Below, one piece after another: positions 25,081 through 39,800 of a stretch of 64,000 nucleotides of DNA; within the stretch, counting starts at the first letter, position 1, and each line of letters starts with the position of its first letter. The notes below the pieces were generated by a model. It saw only the letters and a list, made by a program, of their open reading frames with translations, did not search any database and was not told where the DNA came from. The position numbers and the translations under genes were made by a program. Source of the stretch: Azolla caroliniana (Eukaryota > Plantae > Polypodiophyta); contig JBHGNT010000001.1 in assembly GCA_043228905.1 (NCBI GenBank), positions 3,410,001 through 3,474,000 of the forward strand. Direction: 5' to 3'.

Positions 25081-27764
25081 GTGATCTACCCAAACAAAAA
25101 CCTCCAAAACCTCCGATCGGTGCGCTTGTTTTCTACCTTAAAATCTAATAATAACAATAATAATAAGAGACTATAGTAATAGTAGTAAATTAGTAATAAT
25201 AATAATACACTTAATTGATCGTCTCTTCCACACTTGGTAGTGCCACACCAATCAATAAATTTAGGTCTCCTTCAAATTTATTCACCTGCGTTCATATGTT
25301 CCCTTCAGGTACTCAGGGTGCCTCTAAATGCGTTCGTCTCATCGGTTTTGTTCCCCTCGGGGACTTGGGTCACCTTCTTTTAAGCTCAAGTCTCTCCATT
25401 TTAGCATTAGAATACCCTCGCTTGGATGCTTGTGCCGGTGGTTGACACACTTGTTGAGTATTTCCCGAAACCTATTTTCCTGACATATGTAAATAAACGT
25501 GCAACACCTTTGGTTGTGATAAGGGACGCGTTTTCCCCTGGGTGTACAATATATTAATATATTTCCAATATATGCCCTTGGCCAAATCTACACTAAGAGA
25601 AAGTAGAATGATTGACGGTAACTATTGGGATACTAAGAGAAAGAAGTAAGAAATTTGTATTGACCATCAAAGGTGTATATATGGTAATATATAAGATATC
25701 ATGCCTATTATGATCAAAACAATTCAAGGCCAGAATAATGGTAGTGGGGTACGCAAAATGATGCTTAAAATGAGTTGAAAGACTTTGACTAGGACATTGG
25801 ACAATCGAGAGAGCCAGCATCTTCACTACATTGCAATTGATTGTGTCAATGGAAATGAAGTTTATGATGCTAGTTTAAAACCATGGTGATATAAACCTTG
25901 ACGTAGAACTCAAAAGTTTACTAAATAATAAAGGCGGAACTCTTTTAAGAAGTAAGTGAGTAATTAATTAGAATGCATGTTATCAAAGCTTTGGACCCTC
26001 AATTGCTAAAAAATGTTTATCAATAGTTTCGACTAGATATTTGATGTTCTCGAGTTATTTTGCATTATTTGAAGATACCACGGTATCGATAAGGAGATGT
26101 TCATCAATACGAAACATTGATATGTCAATCTCATCTGGTAGATGTGTTAGGTTGGTGACATGAGTGAGGGTATGAAGTGTTTGCATTGTATTACGAAGAT
26201 ATATAGTCCTCAATCACTACAACACGAGGAGGTAATAGCCTCATGTTGCTTTTACTAAGATCCTACATTTCGTATCTGAATTTGCCATCGATGACATATT
26301 TGGTTAAGACAAATTTTCTTGATCATGGATCTAATTTATTGACAAATCCTTAGGCACATGTCATATACTTCAAAATCGCATATTTTCACGTGGTTCTAGT
26401 GTGGCACTTTCTTGGGCTATTGAAAAATTCACTTCATAATCTTGGAGGTCCACTTGGAAAATACCATCTAGTATTCGACGTCATCCAATTGACAATTGAC
26501 TCTTCATTTGGTCAAGCACACAATGCACATTGTTCAACAGAAGTCATTTCCCAATTACAATTGAGGGGAGTCTCATATCCTCAATTTTCATGCCCCAAAC
26601 TTCTTGAATCACCATCAAGAACTCAGGCTTTGGCTCAAAACTGGGCCTCTCTATCGATGGTTGGGTTCTCTCCCATGACATTCTTATTTGTATGGATCAT
26701 AAGGTGGATGAGTCCTCAATGTGAAGGGTGCATGTGTCAACTTCTCAGCTCCACATACCAAATGGTTAATTCTCCAAAGGAACATCAAGTCCCTCAAGTA
26801 TTGTCATGTATTTATTACACTTGTTTGGTGAAGAGTCTTTGTGACTAGGGAAATTACAGAAAAATTGTCATTAGGGGAAATTTTAACTAAGAACAACAAA
26901 AATAGTAAAATGTATTTTAGTGACAGAATGGCATAAAGCAACCTGTTTGCCATTTGAAAGGAGTTGTCAATCGTGTCCTTCTCTTCGTGCATGTTGATTC
27001 ACTTTCACAAACTTGGGCCGCTTTATTTTAGAGTTTAGGATAAATCTGACCAAAAGCTTCAAATGATGGCCATGTCCTCGGCAAAAATGCCTAGATACGT
27101 CAATTCAAGGTTAGTAGTTACATTGACCACATGTCTTAATTTCAGTTCTCACTAAGTTGAAGTGTAAGGGTAGGTCATTGTCTACTCTGTTATTAGTAAC
27201 ACAAGTAGAAATAAATGCACATCTTTGCTACTAAGCATGACGTAAATTGCAAAGAAAAACACTACTATCTTCTATCACAATAATTAATTGAGTAATATAC
27301 ATAATACGAGCTATTAGCCTAAGGCTTAGAGTAATGAGCTTAACATTAATCTTGTGTGTGTGTGTGTGTGTGTGTGTGCACGTGTGTTGTGTGTGTATGT
27401 GATGGAGGAAGAAGAGGTACGGGACTGAATAAGTAGTGGGGACTAACCAAAAAGATTGGCTTCTTCTATTCTCCACTTATGTTCAAGTTCTTTGGTCTCA
27501 GTCCCCTTTCCCATTATGGAAACACAAGACCCTTTCTTAGGTTTTACATTCTACCCCCCCCCCCCCCCTCCCCCCTCTCTCCCCCTCGGAAATAGTAATG
27601 TATTAATTATTAAACGTTGAATAACACTGGATGGAATGGCATACACTCTACCTGTCTTTGAAAGAGTTTGAAAATATTTAGAAGTATTTCTTTTCTTAGA
27701 ATTCATTGAAATGGTAATTAAGTACATGCATGTGAGGTTCAAACAAAAACCTCACATTGACTTG

Positions 27765-28415
27765 CTACGATCACATGGGAAAAAAAATTCAAATAACATG
27801 TAGAAGCAAATTTGTGTGTTCCAAATGAATGCAGTATATGAAGAAATGGTTAGGAAAATGGGATCCAGCACATTCGCTTCATGATGCATCAACATATTCC
27901 TCCATTAATGAGGCTTTTATACAACATCGATGTTTAACAACTTGGGAATGTTGTAGAAGCTCATGGTTCACACATTACATTGCATATGTTGCACCAAACT
28001 ACAAGATTGTCTTCTTCTTAAAACGAGGAAACTGCATTCATTGATACACACTGGAGCCCATTTATTGTCCAACATTTACAATGTTGCATCATTATGGCTT
28101 AGCCCGCATTCTCTTCAACGTGAGATGGAGCATTAGGCCGAAGGTAAGGAGACTGGGACCCCATCAACCATGCATATTTTGCCTTGAACAAGACCGCACT
28201 TTGATACAATGTATTGCATTTGACCACATTCGAGTTTGCTTTCCATAGGCTCCTCTCAAAAACACAATGTGCACTCTTATTTGCAACATTTATCAATAGA
28301 ATTCTTGCACATTGAGAGTCTTTATTCATTTCATGAATACTATGGAAAAATGATATAGTTTTGGTACCATGGTCACATTTGACCTACAAGTAAAATAATA
28401 ATATCTATTTATATC
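27765..28415 (+). mobile_element. Older 5'-truncated copy of the LINE family at 5352-6040
   Basis: Collinear similarity (GCTTCATGATGCATCA, AATGAGGC, CATGTTGCACC.AACTACAA, CACTTTGATACAATG, CAATGTGCACTCT, GGTCA.ATTTGACCT) with many stops and indels. Confidence 0.85.
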
Positions 28416-28931
28416 TCCTTATTACAATGTTTTGGTTATGTTAATGTCAATGTCCATGCCAATGAAGCATATGATACTACGCAACCGAACGTCGATGTTG
28501 TCTTAAAAGATGACACATGTTTTATCATAAATATAGAACCAATATGAAACATATGGAAGTACGACCATAGCCTAAAACATGCACAACCATCATAGACATC
28601 ATTGTCGTCATCATGCATATCATATATAACATCAACTGCGTCCCTCGTGATGTTGCCTTCTTGGGGAACATTAACTTCGTTACCACCATTTTATGCTTGA
28701 GCATCTACATTTTAAACATTTTTTCTTGAAAGTGGTCTTATATGCAAGGATCTTGACTGGTCATGTTTGTCAAATTTCAAGAAGCTCTGAATGGTTTGTG
28801 AATGTCAAACAACTTTCTTTTTGCTTGATATTGATTAGAAACCTCAGTACACTTTGATGAGAGTTGGAGCTAGAGTCGATATAGTAGTTGGTTTGTAATG
28901 AATGAATGTTGTTGAGGCATGCATTATTTTT

Positions 28932-29053
28932 ATTATTTTTTAAAAGTCAAGATTCACCTTGGTATTAATGAAAAGATGCCCAAAGGCTACAAAAATTCTA
29001 TACAATAAAATATAACCCTCCTACCCACTTCAATCAACATGTGTAGTAATTGT
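28932..29053 (-). mobile_element. 122-bp LINE 3'-end insertion with a 16-bp TSD
   Basis: GGCATGCATTATTTTT flanks both sides (28916-28931 and 29054-29069). The core matches 13065-13115. Confidence 0.8.
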
Positions 29054-31238
29054 GGCATGCATTATTTTTGTACAATCATAGAGAAACATATGTAGTCGCC
29101 ATAGGTTTATTAGTTGTCTAATAGCAATATCAAATTGGACATGTGCATAGAGGATATGGGCTTCTCTAATCGTAAATCAAAATTCTATTTACAATGAGTG
29201 TTTGCTCAAGGTGAGGTTGGGTTGCCCCACATGTAATCTCAATTTCTATTTGAGTTTCTTTGGTCCTTTAGATTTGAGCATAACTATTTGAGTTTTTTTA
29301 TGCTTGGTATGGAGTTTAAGACACGTTCAATGCTTAAAAGCTATATTGGTATGGCAATTCTCATTGTTTGTGTGACTTTTAGGCTAGCTAAATGTTTTTA
29401 GGTTTATAGAAAGTCATGTATGTCATTCCCATTGATTGTGAGGCAACATGACATAGAAGGTCCCGTCTAGAGGAATTGAGTGACACGGGATGATACTATG
29501 GGGAATTAGATGGGGTTCTCTTGACATTCACCCCTATCTACTTTAGCTCTATATTATGTAATCAATACAATTACTATCTACAACAACTCAAAGTAGAGAG
29601 TTTGCATTTTTTGGAAAATAAAAAATAAAAAGAAAAAAGTAGAGAGTTTGTAAAGGTTTCAAAACCTTTATACCCTAGGTTATCTAGATAAACAATGAGA
29701 TAGATGGGGTTTCGAGCACGCGGTTTAAGGGCTATCAAATAAAGCTTACCCAACAAGGTAGGTTTGTACCCAATGAACACATGTCGTCTACACATGGCCA
29801 AAATTTTAACAAGCACAAGCTTATTTTAACAATAAATGACTATACTTCTAAGGTTTGAGTTATTAGATACATCGAATGTCTAAATGTCTAATTTTGGAAG
29901 ATATAAATGTACATATTGATTGTGATATATGTAATCTATATAAAATAAAGTAGTGGCACTCTTGTATCACCATACCTTTAGATGCCATGAATCTAGGCAA
30001 ACATACAATATTTGTGAGATTTTATAATAAAGATATATAGTAGAACTATTAAGAAAGTGATATCCAATAACTTTCAGGATTTCTTTCTTATCACAAATGT
30101 TTTGTAAAGCTAACCCGACAACGAGCTCAGATTTAAATTATGGTGGCTATCATAGGGTATTGTAGTGTACACGGTCAATTTGACGTAAAGTCAACAAACT
30201 TATACGAGTTAGGTAATTATACAAAATGTAGTAAATTCTCTTTAACATTTTTCCAATGTATCTACATATACTAGTTAACAAATTCACCTACAATGGTGCA
30301 TGCTATACATAATTTACATGACAAATATATGCTCAAATCCTTGGAAAATGAAAGTTTGTTTGAACATGTTTTTATTAAGAACCAAACATGGAAGCATTGT
30401 TGGGGATTCTATGCATCAAAACTGAAGATGAGAATTCTGCTTTGTAAAAGCAAAAGGGAAGTGAACTTGACGCCTTTGCTATTCTTGTTTGTTGTGATGT
30501 CAATAAAGTATCACCTTTGTAAAAGTTTCTCAAGGGAAAATAAATGTGGAAAAATTAAAGTGAAAGCAAATGAGAAGGGAATATGTGAATTTGTAGGATA
30601 TGAATTATTTGATTACAAAGTGTTAGAAATAGATGTTCAACTATAGTAAATCACATTGTGCTTTTGCATGTAATGTTTGGTATTTCAAATAAATGTTTTT
30701 AGTTAAGAGATCATGGATGAACAAGGTGGCACAACACAGTCGTATAGTGCGGTTTCGAAATTTAGTATAGTGGAATCCAATAACAAGCAACATAGGGTCC
30801 CTGTGTAGATGATGATGTAGTAGGGAGATTAAGAGAAAATGTAGGAGGATGTAATAGAGCAATGTACATAGACAATAGAGATTGCAATTGTTGAGACACA
30901 GGATGGGGTAAGGAGTTGACAATCTCATAAGCCTTATAAAACTAATATTGGGATAATATGCTTGAAGATGACATTTTCGTTGTACATATTGGAGTGTAAA
31001 GACATTCTACCTTCCTAATGGGAAGTATCTTTTTCTTTAAAAAAACTAAAATGAGTTGCACACTCGAGAGCCTACGATATATGAGATTGTGTTAGTATGC
31101 ATATCAAGTAGAATGGAAAGAGGTACCCCCCCTTCTCCTGTTCAATAAGCTCTTTCAAGTTTGTAGGTTTTTGGAGAGGTAATTTTGGTAGCATACTCTC
31201 ATGAGGGGATGAGGAAAAAAGTCTCATGTATTGTTGTA

Positions 31239-31520
31239 TGTGCAAGATTTTGGTGGTATTCAGCGAGATGGATGATGTGGACTTAATGATGTAGAATTTA
31301 TGTTTTGGATAAGGATGAGTGATGATGGTGTGGAGGTCAAAGCACATTCTCACGAGGAGATGAGGAATTTAGACAGATTTTATTGTTTATGTGCAGGAAT
31401 TTTGTGGTATTTAGCGAGATGGTTGATGAACGAATCAGTTTTTATGTTTCTTTGATAAGGACAAGTGATGATGGTGTGGGGGTCGAAGAATAAGCTCACT
31501 AGGAGAGGAGGAAACTTGAC
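31239..31520. repeat. Diverged tandem duplication, period about 150 bp
   Basis: TGTGCA.GA.TTT.GTGGTATT.AGCGAGATGG.TGATG...GATAAGGA..AGTGATGATGGTGTGG...CTCAC.AGGAGA occurs twice. Confidence 0.8.
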
Positions 31521-32295
31521 TTAATTTGTTATTATATGTACACCAAATTGGTGGTAATCCGTCAAGATGGTTGATGGGGAAAGATGAAGCATAGTTGTTG
31601 ACTTTACAGCTACGAATGTGGAAAGTAGTTCTCTTCAAAAACCAAAGAACGTAGTTGATCGCCTTCAAATCCGAGATGTACATGTTGAAGAACTATTGAA
31701 TGGCTCATAACTATGACCGGAGATGGTTTGTTTCCAAATAGAGCTACTTTTGTTGTTGCCTATAGATATGGATACCTTGTAATGTGTCTAGGGAATAGAT
31801 TGTAATTGCTGGACTGTTTTCTCTATGTTGGAGTACATAGATTTGTTTCCTCGCCCCTTGTGTACACAAGGCGAGGTTGGCAAAAAATACTTTGTATAAT
31901 GTAACAGTTCTTTATAACAAATGGAAGGATAATTTGTTTTGAAAAAAATTAATTTGGTAGCATACCTCAAAGCATGGTTGTGGTTCTATCCTAAAATGCT
32001 TAAATTTGCAAGTTGATATAGACAACACATAGTAACATGATTTTGTTTTCCATGAACAAACTAGTTATTTGTTGTAAATGAATGTGGTCATGTTCAAAGG
32101 TATCATTTCTTACCCCCTAGTAAAAAAGTAAAGTAGACTTTTTGAACTCTCTCTATCACAAAGTTTAATGACATTAATTATGATGATGAGACTAATGTTT
32201 GTTGATGTTATGGACATTTTGATGCATAAACAACAACCTTTTAATACAGATAGAAAGATGAATACATGTTTATGGGTACATAAAAATAGATTTTA

Positions 32296-32427
32296 GGGAA
32301 AAGTACCAGGATACTCCTGGAAATTCGTCTATTTACCAGAATGCCCCTGGAAGTTTGGTAAATTTGGAACTTCCAGGGGCATTCTGGTAAATAGACGAAC
32401 TTCCAGGGGTATCCTGGTACTTTTCCC
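32296..32427. mobile_element. 132-bp fold-back Mutator-like MITE
   Basis: About 60-bp TIRs GGGAAAAGTACCAGGATA... with 2 mismatches and a 12-bp spacer. 9-bp TSD TAGATTTTA/TAGATTTTT. Confidence 0.9.
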
Positions 32428-34781
32428 TAGATTTTTTTATCATCCATGGTGGCCAAATATGAGCCATAAAACCGAAGTGAAACATTTCTAAGATAATTTG
32501 CATGAAGTGATAAATTACTCTGAATGGTCAGGAGTTTTAGTAATTAACATACAATCCACAATTGAATTGGGATTTGATCTATAGAGAAATATTGTAGAGT
32601 TACGTTAAACATGAAAATACGAGACAAAGAGAGAGAGAGAGAGAGATTAGTTTAGTTGGTGAGGTTGGTCGCCATAGACCATGAGGCCAGACATTCATTT
32701 TGTAGTGACATGTGGCATTTTTATTGCCTTCATGAGATTTTGATCCAAGTGCATGGGTTAACGTAGAAAACAATTAAAAAACAAAATAGCGTGTGAGCGA
32801 CAATGATTGTGCCTACATACCAACACAATCAATAATTAGATAACCTATTGAACCATGACCAAGTAATTTTATTCTCAAACTAAGAGTATCTTTTTGTATT
32901 ACCCTAATGTGGTTCATTTTAATTGTGGCTCATCATATAAGGTGCAATTTTGATATTCCCCCTCATAGAAATGAGTTTTTCTATATCACTCATAGTAAAA
33001 TGTTTGTTAGCAATCTTACTCTCTAAAAGGCGATGCTTCGTTCTTTCTATTTAACATGATAAAATAAGAGACATTCAAGGAAATATAAATCAAGAAGTAT
33101 GCTAGTTTGTTGGATTTGCCTATTTACTATTTAGCTTTTAAAATTCCTTCTCTTCTTTAATGTCGAGGCAGAAAATTACCCTCGCTATATATCCTTAACT
33201 TCGTGGATTATCAACCCATACATAGTTCCATCATCATGTTTTGAACGAGCATGTATTGTTGTACATGCATTTGTGAACTTTTTGATGTTACCCAATTGCA
33301 CCTTGCTTTGCAAATTCTCATGGATAAACTCCTTTCAACTAGGCAGTGTCATTATAGCCTTGACATTTGTAATATCACCTTATAACTAACTTTGCATACA
33401 AATGTGCAAGCACATAATCACATTAGCGTATACCCATTAACATTTGTAAGTCAATGTCAATTGTAACTATAAATTCTATATGACTCGTAGAATGAAACCT
33501 AATGCCTCCTTCCAAAGCACGTCAGGAAACATCTTTCGGCTACCAAGTATGCACAAACAATACTTGTGCACGTTACTTTACCACCTCTCAAGTCAGAACA
33601 AACAAGAATAAGTCATCCTTAGTGACCCTTGATTATTTGATGGGCTATGTGATGGATCTCCTTATTATGGAATGCCATAGTGAGTTTCTAACCCAATACT
33701 TGAACAATCATACTCGGCAATTCAATTGTCACCAAACACAAAACTCCTATATTTATATTGTCGATTGGAAACGACTCCTCTTATTACAATAGGGAGTTTT
33801 TGTTCCTTACCTCACCTAGTGTATCATTTTCCTAAGTTCACAGTGTCATTACTAATAATTCACCACAAATTCAATTCCATTTTCTTTTTAGAGCATAGCT
33901 AGCTAGATATACTTTGGTGCCATATACTCATATTTATTTTGTTTTATCGTTCTCAACGACTGGAGACAAACGTTCCAAGATATAATATCTAGGTATCGTA
34001 TGGCATTTTGGCCTTTAAGTATGTAATGTGTGTGTGTGTGTGTGTGTTGGCCTCCCATGATTGCGATGTGATTACTAGATGGGGGTGCTTTGTGGTCCCT
34101 TATCGGATTGCCTCGAAGTCCTTTAGAGAAAGGTGTTGACAACTAGGCATAACCAGAATATAAAAACATGTCTCATATTACATTGATGATTAAGAAATTG
34201 AACTAGTTTTATACATCAATGTTGACTATGATCCGGAGGTTGGAACCAACAACATAAAACATTATTGTCTTCGATATATATGAACATGCATGAAAACGAG
34301 ACCTACATATGTGTTTATTTCGAGTCCAACGGATCAAACATAAATATGGATATGGATATTATGTTTTCCATGCAAGAGAGGGAGTATGGCATAATTCACA
34401 TATATTGATGATCGATGATTTGCGTAGTTTAGATGGGGAGTGTGATGAGGATTGTGGGTCATCATAACATGCATATATTAATGAATTACATACATAAAAA
34501 ACACCTAGGGGTAGGGGTAGGGGTAGGTGGAACTTCGGACTCGACGTGGTGTAGGCTTGTGCCACTATTGTGTTGTTCTGAGTGATGACACTTACATGCA
34601 ACGTCGACATGATGTTCGTGACACAAGTAAGTGCATACACGCATGATATGACGATGATGCGAGCTCAGTTTCGATGTTATGTTGAGGTGTGGGTACATGA
34701 GGGATGATTAGAGAAATCATGGAGGCTCTTTTATTTTGTTTTGTTTTGTATGAATGAATATATGTAGTGGAAAGGAGCAGA

Positions 34782-34825
<44 letters not shown>

Positions 34826-36184
34826 GCAGGGCATGTGTGGCCAAAGGGCCCAGGGGTACAGAAGGTGCGTGCGAGAATGAAACAGGGAAGGGAGGAACGA
34901 GCCAAACGTTTCTTCTTTTCTTCTTCTTCTTCTTGTTCTTATGGGAGCTGCGATGGCCGTGCACGTGTCGGTCCGCCGTGAAGCCAATATAATAATGGGG
35001 GTGGAGGGAAGAGAGAGGGGGCAGTTTGGAGAGGGGTTAGTTAGGTAAGCTGGGAAAATAAAATAAAATAAAATCATACGATAACGTCGGAGGCCACCAG
35101 AACGGGGGCGTTAATTTAGTTACACACACACACACGCACACACAACATAAAACTCTGCGCTTGATTTAGTGTTACCAAAAAATCCATCCCCCCCCCCCTA
35201 AATGTAGTAGCGCTGGTTGGAGTCCCGCTAAATTGGCCGGGGCAGGCGGATTTGCAGGTGCCGGACGTTAGAGGAGGCAATGGATGGATGGTCATGGGGC
35301 TAGAAGAAGGCGGCGGCGGCCATATCCTTCTCCTCCTCTGCTTCTTCTACTGCCGCCACTTTTTCTTCTTCTTTCTTTCTTCTGGTGATGGGGGTAGGAG
35401 TAGGTGCGTTAAATGGGGCGCTTTAATTTCTGCTGCTGCTGCATCTCTGCTTTTTTGTTGGTGCTGTATTTAGTCCTCACACACACACACACACCTACTC
35501 TCTCTCTCTTTCTCTCTCGCTAGCTCCCCTTTTTGGGGGTCCCTTTCTTCTCTCCGCATTTAATGCTCCCCACCTACAGCTGTTTTGGCAGACCTCGCCG
35601 GGAAACCGCTACTCTTCTCTCCTCGCTCCGTCCACGGACGCGGGGGCCAAAACGTCTCTCGCTTCCATCCCTCCCTACATAATAAATATGTACCATAACT
35701 TACATATACAAATTATGTACATGATATACATCCATAACTAACTGCCGGTAAATCTCTCTACCGACCCGCGCCGCCGTGACTTCCATTATGTATGTATGTA
35801 TGTATGTATGTGTATGTATGTAAATCAAAATCAAATCCAAACCAAACACAAATCGTGTCTCTCTCCTCCAATTTGAAAGGCGCAGTTGTCGTTGTCATAT
35901 TATCATTTATTTCTCGGCCATCTCCCGTTTCCTGAATCCTGCTCATCCATCCCAAAATCCTTCTTCCCCGTAAAACCGCCTGCGTTGGTGCGTCTCTGTC
36001 TGTCTGTCTGTCTGTCTATCTCTACACACACCTCCACCTCCACCTCCACCTACACAGCATGGCCATCATCATGTATCTGTTATTAATCTCCTCTGTTTTT
36101 CTCTCCTCCCCAAACTTCAATGTAGCCCCGAAAAACCTACCAGCTCTCCATTAAACCTTCCTTTATTCCTCTCCTCTGCTCCTC

Positions 36185-36220
<36 letters not shown>

Positions 36221-36873
36221 GTCTGCAATACCACCCTTCTCCCCCACCCTCCCTTCTCTTCTCCACATTACTACTACCACTACCACTACCGCTAGTCCCT
36301 TCAGCTGTCCTTTTGCCTCCTTGCAGAAGAAAGTTTCAACCAACTTTTACAACAACTCTCCCCCCCCTGTAGAGACGCTTTCAATTCCCTAGTGACTCTG
36401 CTACAGCACTGCCCCACTACTATGCTTTGCTCTTGCAGAAACCTAATTCTAGAAAAACCGTATATGTTATACAGGAAATCTGCTATGCTCAAGGCTGCTG
36501 GATTTGAGAGCAGCCCCCCCCTTGGGACAGCATAGCATGCCTTTCATGTGATGATCGGCCGTTTGTAAGGAGCATCAATAGACATCTATTTGTCTGTTTT
36601 GCATGCTTCAGGTCAAATAATTGTTTAATGTACATTTCGATGCCAAGGAGATTAGCATGACTTAACCCCCCCCCCCCCCCCCCCCCCGATCACACACTTT
36701 TGGCACACAGTAACGGTTACTTTAATAAGCATTGCTTAAGAAGTTAGCATGATTTAACCCCCGATCACGCTAATAATTAAAAGTAATCAGGGGCCTCAAG
36801 CATGGGATGCTTTGATGTACTAGTGTCTTAGTAGCGGCACAGACGAAGAAGAAGGTTCCAAGAAACAGGAGCC

Positions 36874-39800
36874 ATGGCTAGATCAAGGGTAACAGAAGAG
36901 GAAACACTCCCAACAGAGATCAGGAATGATACCAAGCCTGCCCGACTACCGACAGTCTCTTATTTTAAACTGTTCTCCTTCGCCACACGCATGGACTACC
37001 TATTAATGTTGGGTGGAACAATAGGTGCTTGCCTTCATGGAGCTGCTCTGCCTCTTGCTGTCTACTTGTTCGGCAACATTGTCGATTCCATAGGCCTTTA
37101 CTTCTTTGATCCCTCTCGCCTATATCAAGACGCTTCTAAGGTGCTCTTTATGTTCTTGTAGATTTCAACATCTCATGTTGTAGGATATCTCTTGCCTTAA
37201 GTGCTGCTCACATTTAAATCAATGCTTTGATTTATGGGTGCAGTATTGTCTTGATTGCGTCTATGTGGGGATTGTGACCCTGGTGGCGGCATGGCTTGGT
37301 AAGTATGCAGGGAGAAAAGAAAAACTGAAGCTTTGGTATACTCATACACTAATGGAAGTATCGGAATCTGATACTATTCTGTTTTTCGTAGAGGTCTTTT
37401 GTTGGACGTTCACTGGAGAGCGCCAATCCTCGACAATTCGTGTCAAGTACTTACGAGCACTCCTCAGCCAAGACATTGGATTCTATGACACCGATTCCAC
37501 CACAGGAGAAATAGTTGTGGGTATATCTAGCGACACTGTTCTTGTTCAAGATGCCATTGGGGAGAAGGTTAGTATCTCTCACAGTTTCATTGTTTCCCCA
37601 ACATGAATTCTCAGAATGTGTTAGGTTTGAGAGCGAATGATCTGTGCAGGTGGGCAATTTTATGCATAACATAGCTCGCTTTGCTGCTGGGCTAGCAGTT
37701 AGCTTCACTTTATCATGGGAGCTCACTTTGTTGACCCTAGCTGTTGTTCCTCTGATAGCCATAGCTGGTGGTGTTTACTCATTTGCCATGATAGATATGA
37801 CAACCAACAGCCAGCGTGCATATATAAAAGCAGGCGAGATAGCCGAACAGGTATGTGTACAGAGGATCTGTGATGCCTTCCTGAGATATTAGAGTAGTGT
37901 CTTATCTGGTTCTCAAGCTTCGTTACATGGTTTGAATTAGGTTGTTGCCCAAGTACGCTCTGTTTATGCTTATGGTGGGGAGGATAAGGCGGTGCGAATG
38001 TATGGAGAAGCTTTGCAGAAGACCGTGGAGCTTGGAATCAAAGGTGGCCTTGCTAAAGGATTAGGCATGGGTACTGTTTACTTGCTGTTATACTTCACGT
38101 GGGCTCTTCTTCTTTGGTTCGCTGGTAAAATGGTTGAGAGAGGAACCATTCATGGAGGTCCTGCTTTTGTCACAATACTGAATGCAGTCGTTGGCGGAAT
38201 GTATGCAATGATTTTTCTCTCCCTGACCTATGTTTTGAAGCATTTTTGTTTATGACATTGAATTTAGAGTGACCTTAATCTTGATAGATCTTTCACTTGC
38301 CTTCTTTTGCAGAGCTATTGGCCAAGCATTCCCTAATTTGACTGCCTTTGGCAAGGGTAAAACTGCTGGATACACAATATTTGAGATGATAAAACGATCC
38401 CCAGAGTTTACGTCAAGAGGAGGAAATGTCATTCATAACCTACAGGGCCATATTGAGCTTAAAAACATAAGCTTTGCCTACCCATCTCGGCCTGAGGCGG
38501 TTATTTTTGAGGATTTTTCTCTAAACATACCTGCAGGAAAGCTTGTTGCGATTGTTGGTGGAAGCGGCTCAGGCAAAAGCACCATCATTTCACTTATCGA
38601 GCGATTCTATCAACCACTAACTGGTTTGTTTCAAGAATATGCCCTTTTCACCGTGGGATTTCCTTACTTGCTGCAGTGTGATTTGGAAATATGTAATTCT
38701 GATTTCTTGTAACATTGAAGGTCAAGTGCTTCTGGATGGGCATGATACACGGTGCCTTGAGCTGAAATGGTTACGATCGCGAATCGGCCTTGTTAATCAG
38801 GAGCCTGCACTCTTTGCAACAACAATCAAAGACAATATCCTCTTTGGGATGGAGAATTCAAGCTTTGATGATGTTGTTAAAGCTGCTCGGATATCAGGAG
38901 CCCATGATTTCATAAATCAACTGCCTGCCAAGTATGATACGCAGGTGAGACTCAATGTGGATTATATAGCCTAGAGATCGAGGTCTGTGTTAGATCATTG
39001 GAAAAGTAGATGACATTCTCTAGCAAACCACTGATCTTTGTAGCCTTAGCTTTTCTAGGTTAGTGACTTTGATTTAGGCTATTGGTCATGAACACTAGGT
39101 CAGATTAGACTTTCTATCGATATATGGTAATTGTTACTGCTGTTTGAACAAACGATTAGATCATAATATGTGAATGTGAGTTTTGTAGGTCGGTGAGAGG
39201 GGTGTACAGCTATCTGGGGGTCAGAAGCAACGTGTTGCACTGGCAAGGGCAGTTCTCAAAAATCCTACCATTTTGCTTCTCGATGAAGCCACAAGTGCTT
39301 TGGATTCCGAGTCTGAAAAACTTGTTCAGGATGCCCTTGCTCGTATTATGATTGGCCGTACAACAGTCATGGTTGCTCACCGTCTATCCACGATAAGGGA
39401 TGCCGACATCATAACAGTTGTACAACAAGGCAAGATTATGGAGAGTGGTACACATGATCAGTTACTCGCTCAAGAAGGATGTTATGCTGGCTTGCTCAAT
39501 TTACATGATGACAATGGAGCGGATTTGAGTTCTGCAAAGGATTATGCAAGTTCGGGCAGGTAACTTTGGTTTAACTCTTTCTTATTTCATAGAAGTATCG
39601 GAAGATCTGGTATTACTTATATCTGTGAGATTTCATAGGGATCTCATGGGCTGTATTCTAGAAATATGGAATTCTGAACAGAATTGTTGTTCTCTTTCTA
39701 TAGGCATTCACGTGCCTCATCTCTCACTTTGAAGGCATTCAGTTTCCGTTTGAATGCCCCATCGGATTGTGATTCTGTTGGGTTTCCTGAACCATGTTCT

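Noticed and set aside
34507-34530. (TAGGGG)n possible G-quadruplex
   Set aside because: Short simple repeat with only three full G-tracts and no functional context.
35252-35473. 73-aa hydrophobic ORF ending CWCCI
   Set aside because: Low complexity, built from CTT/GGC/GCT repeats, with no family motif.
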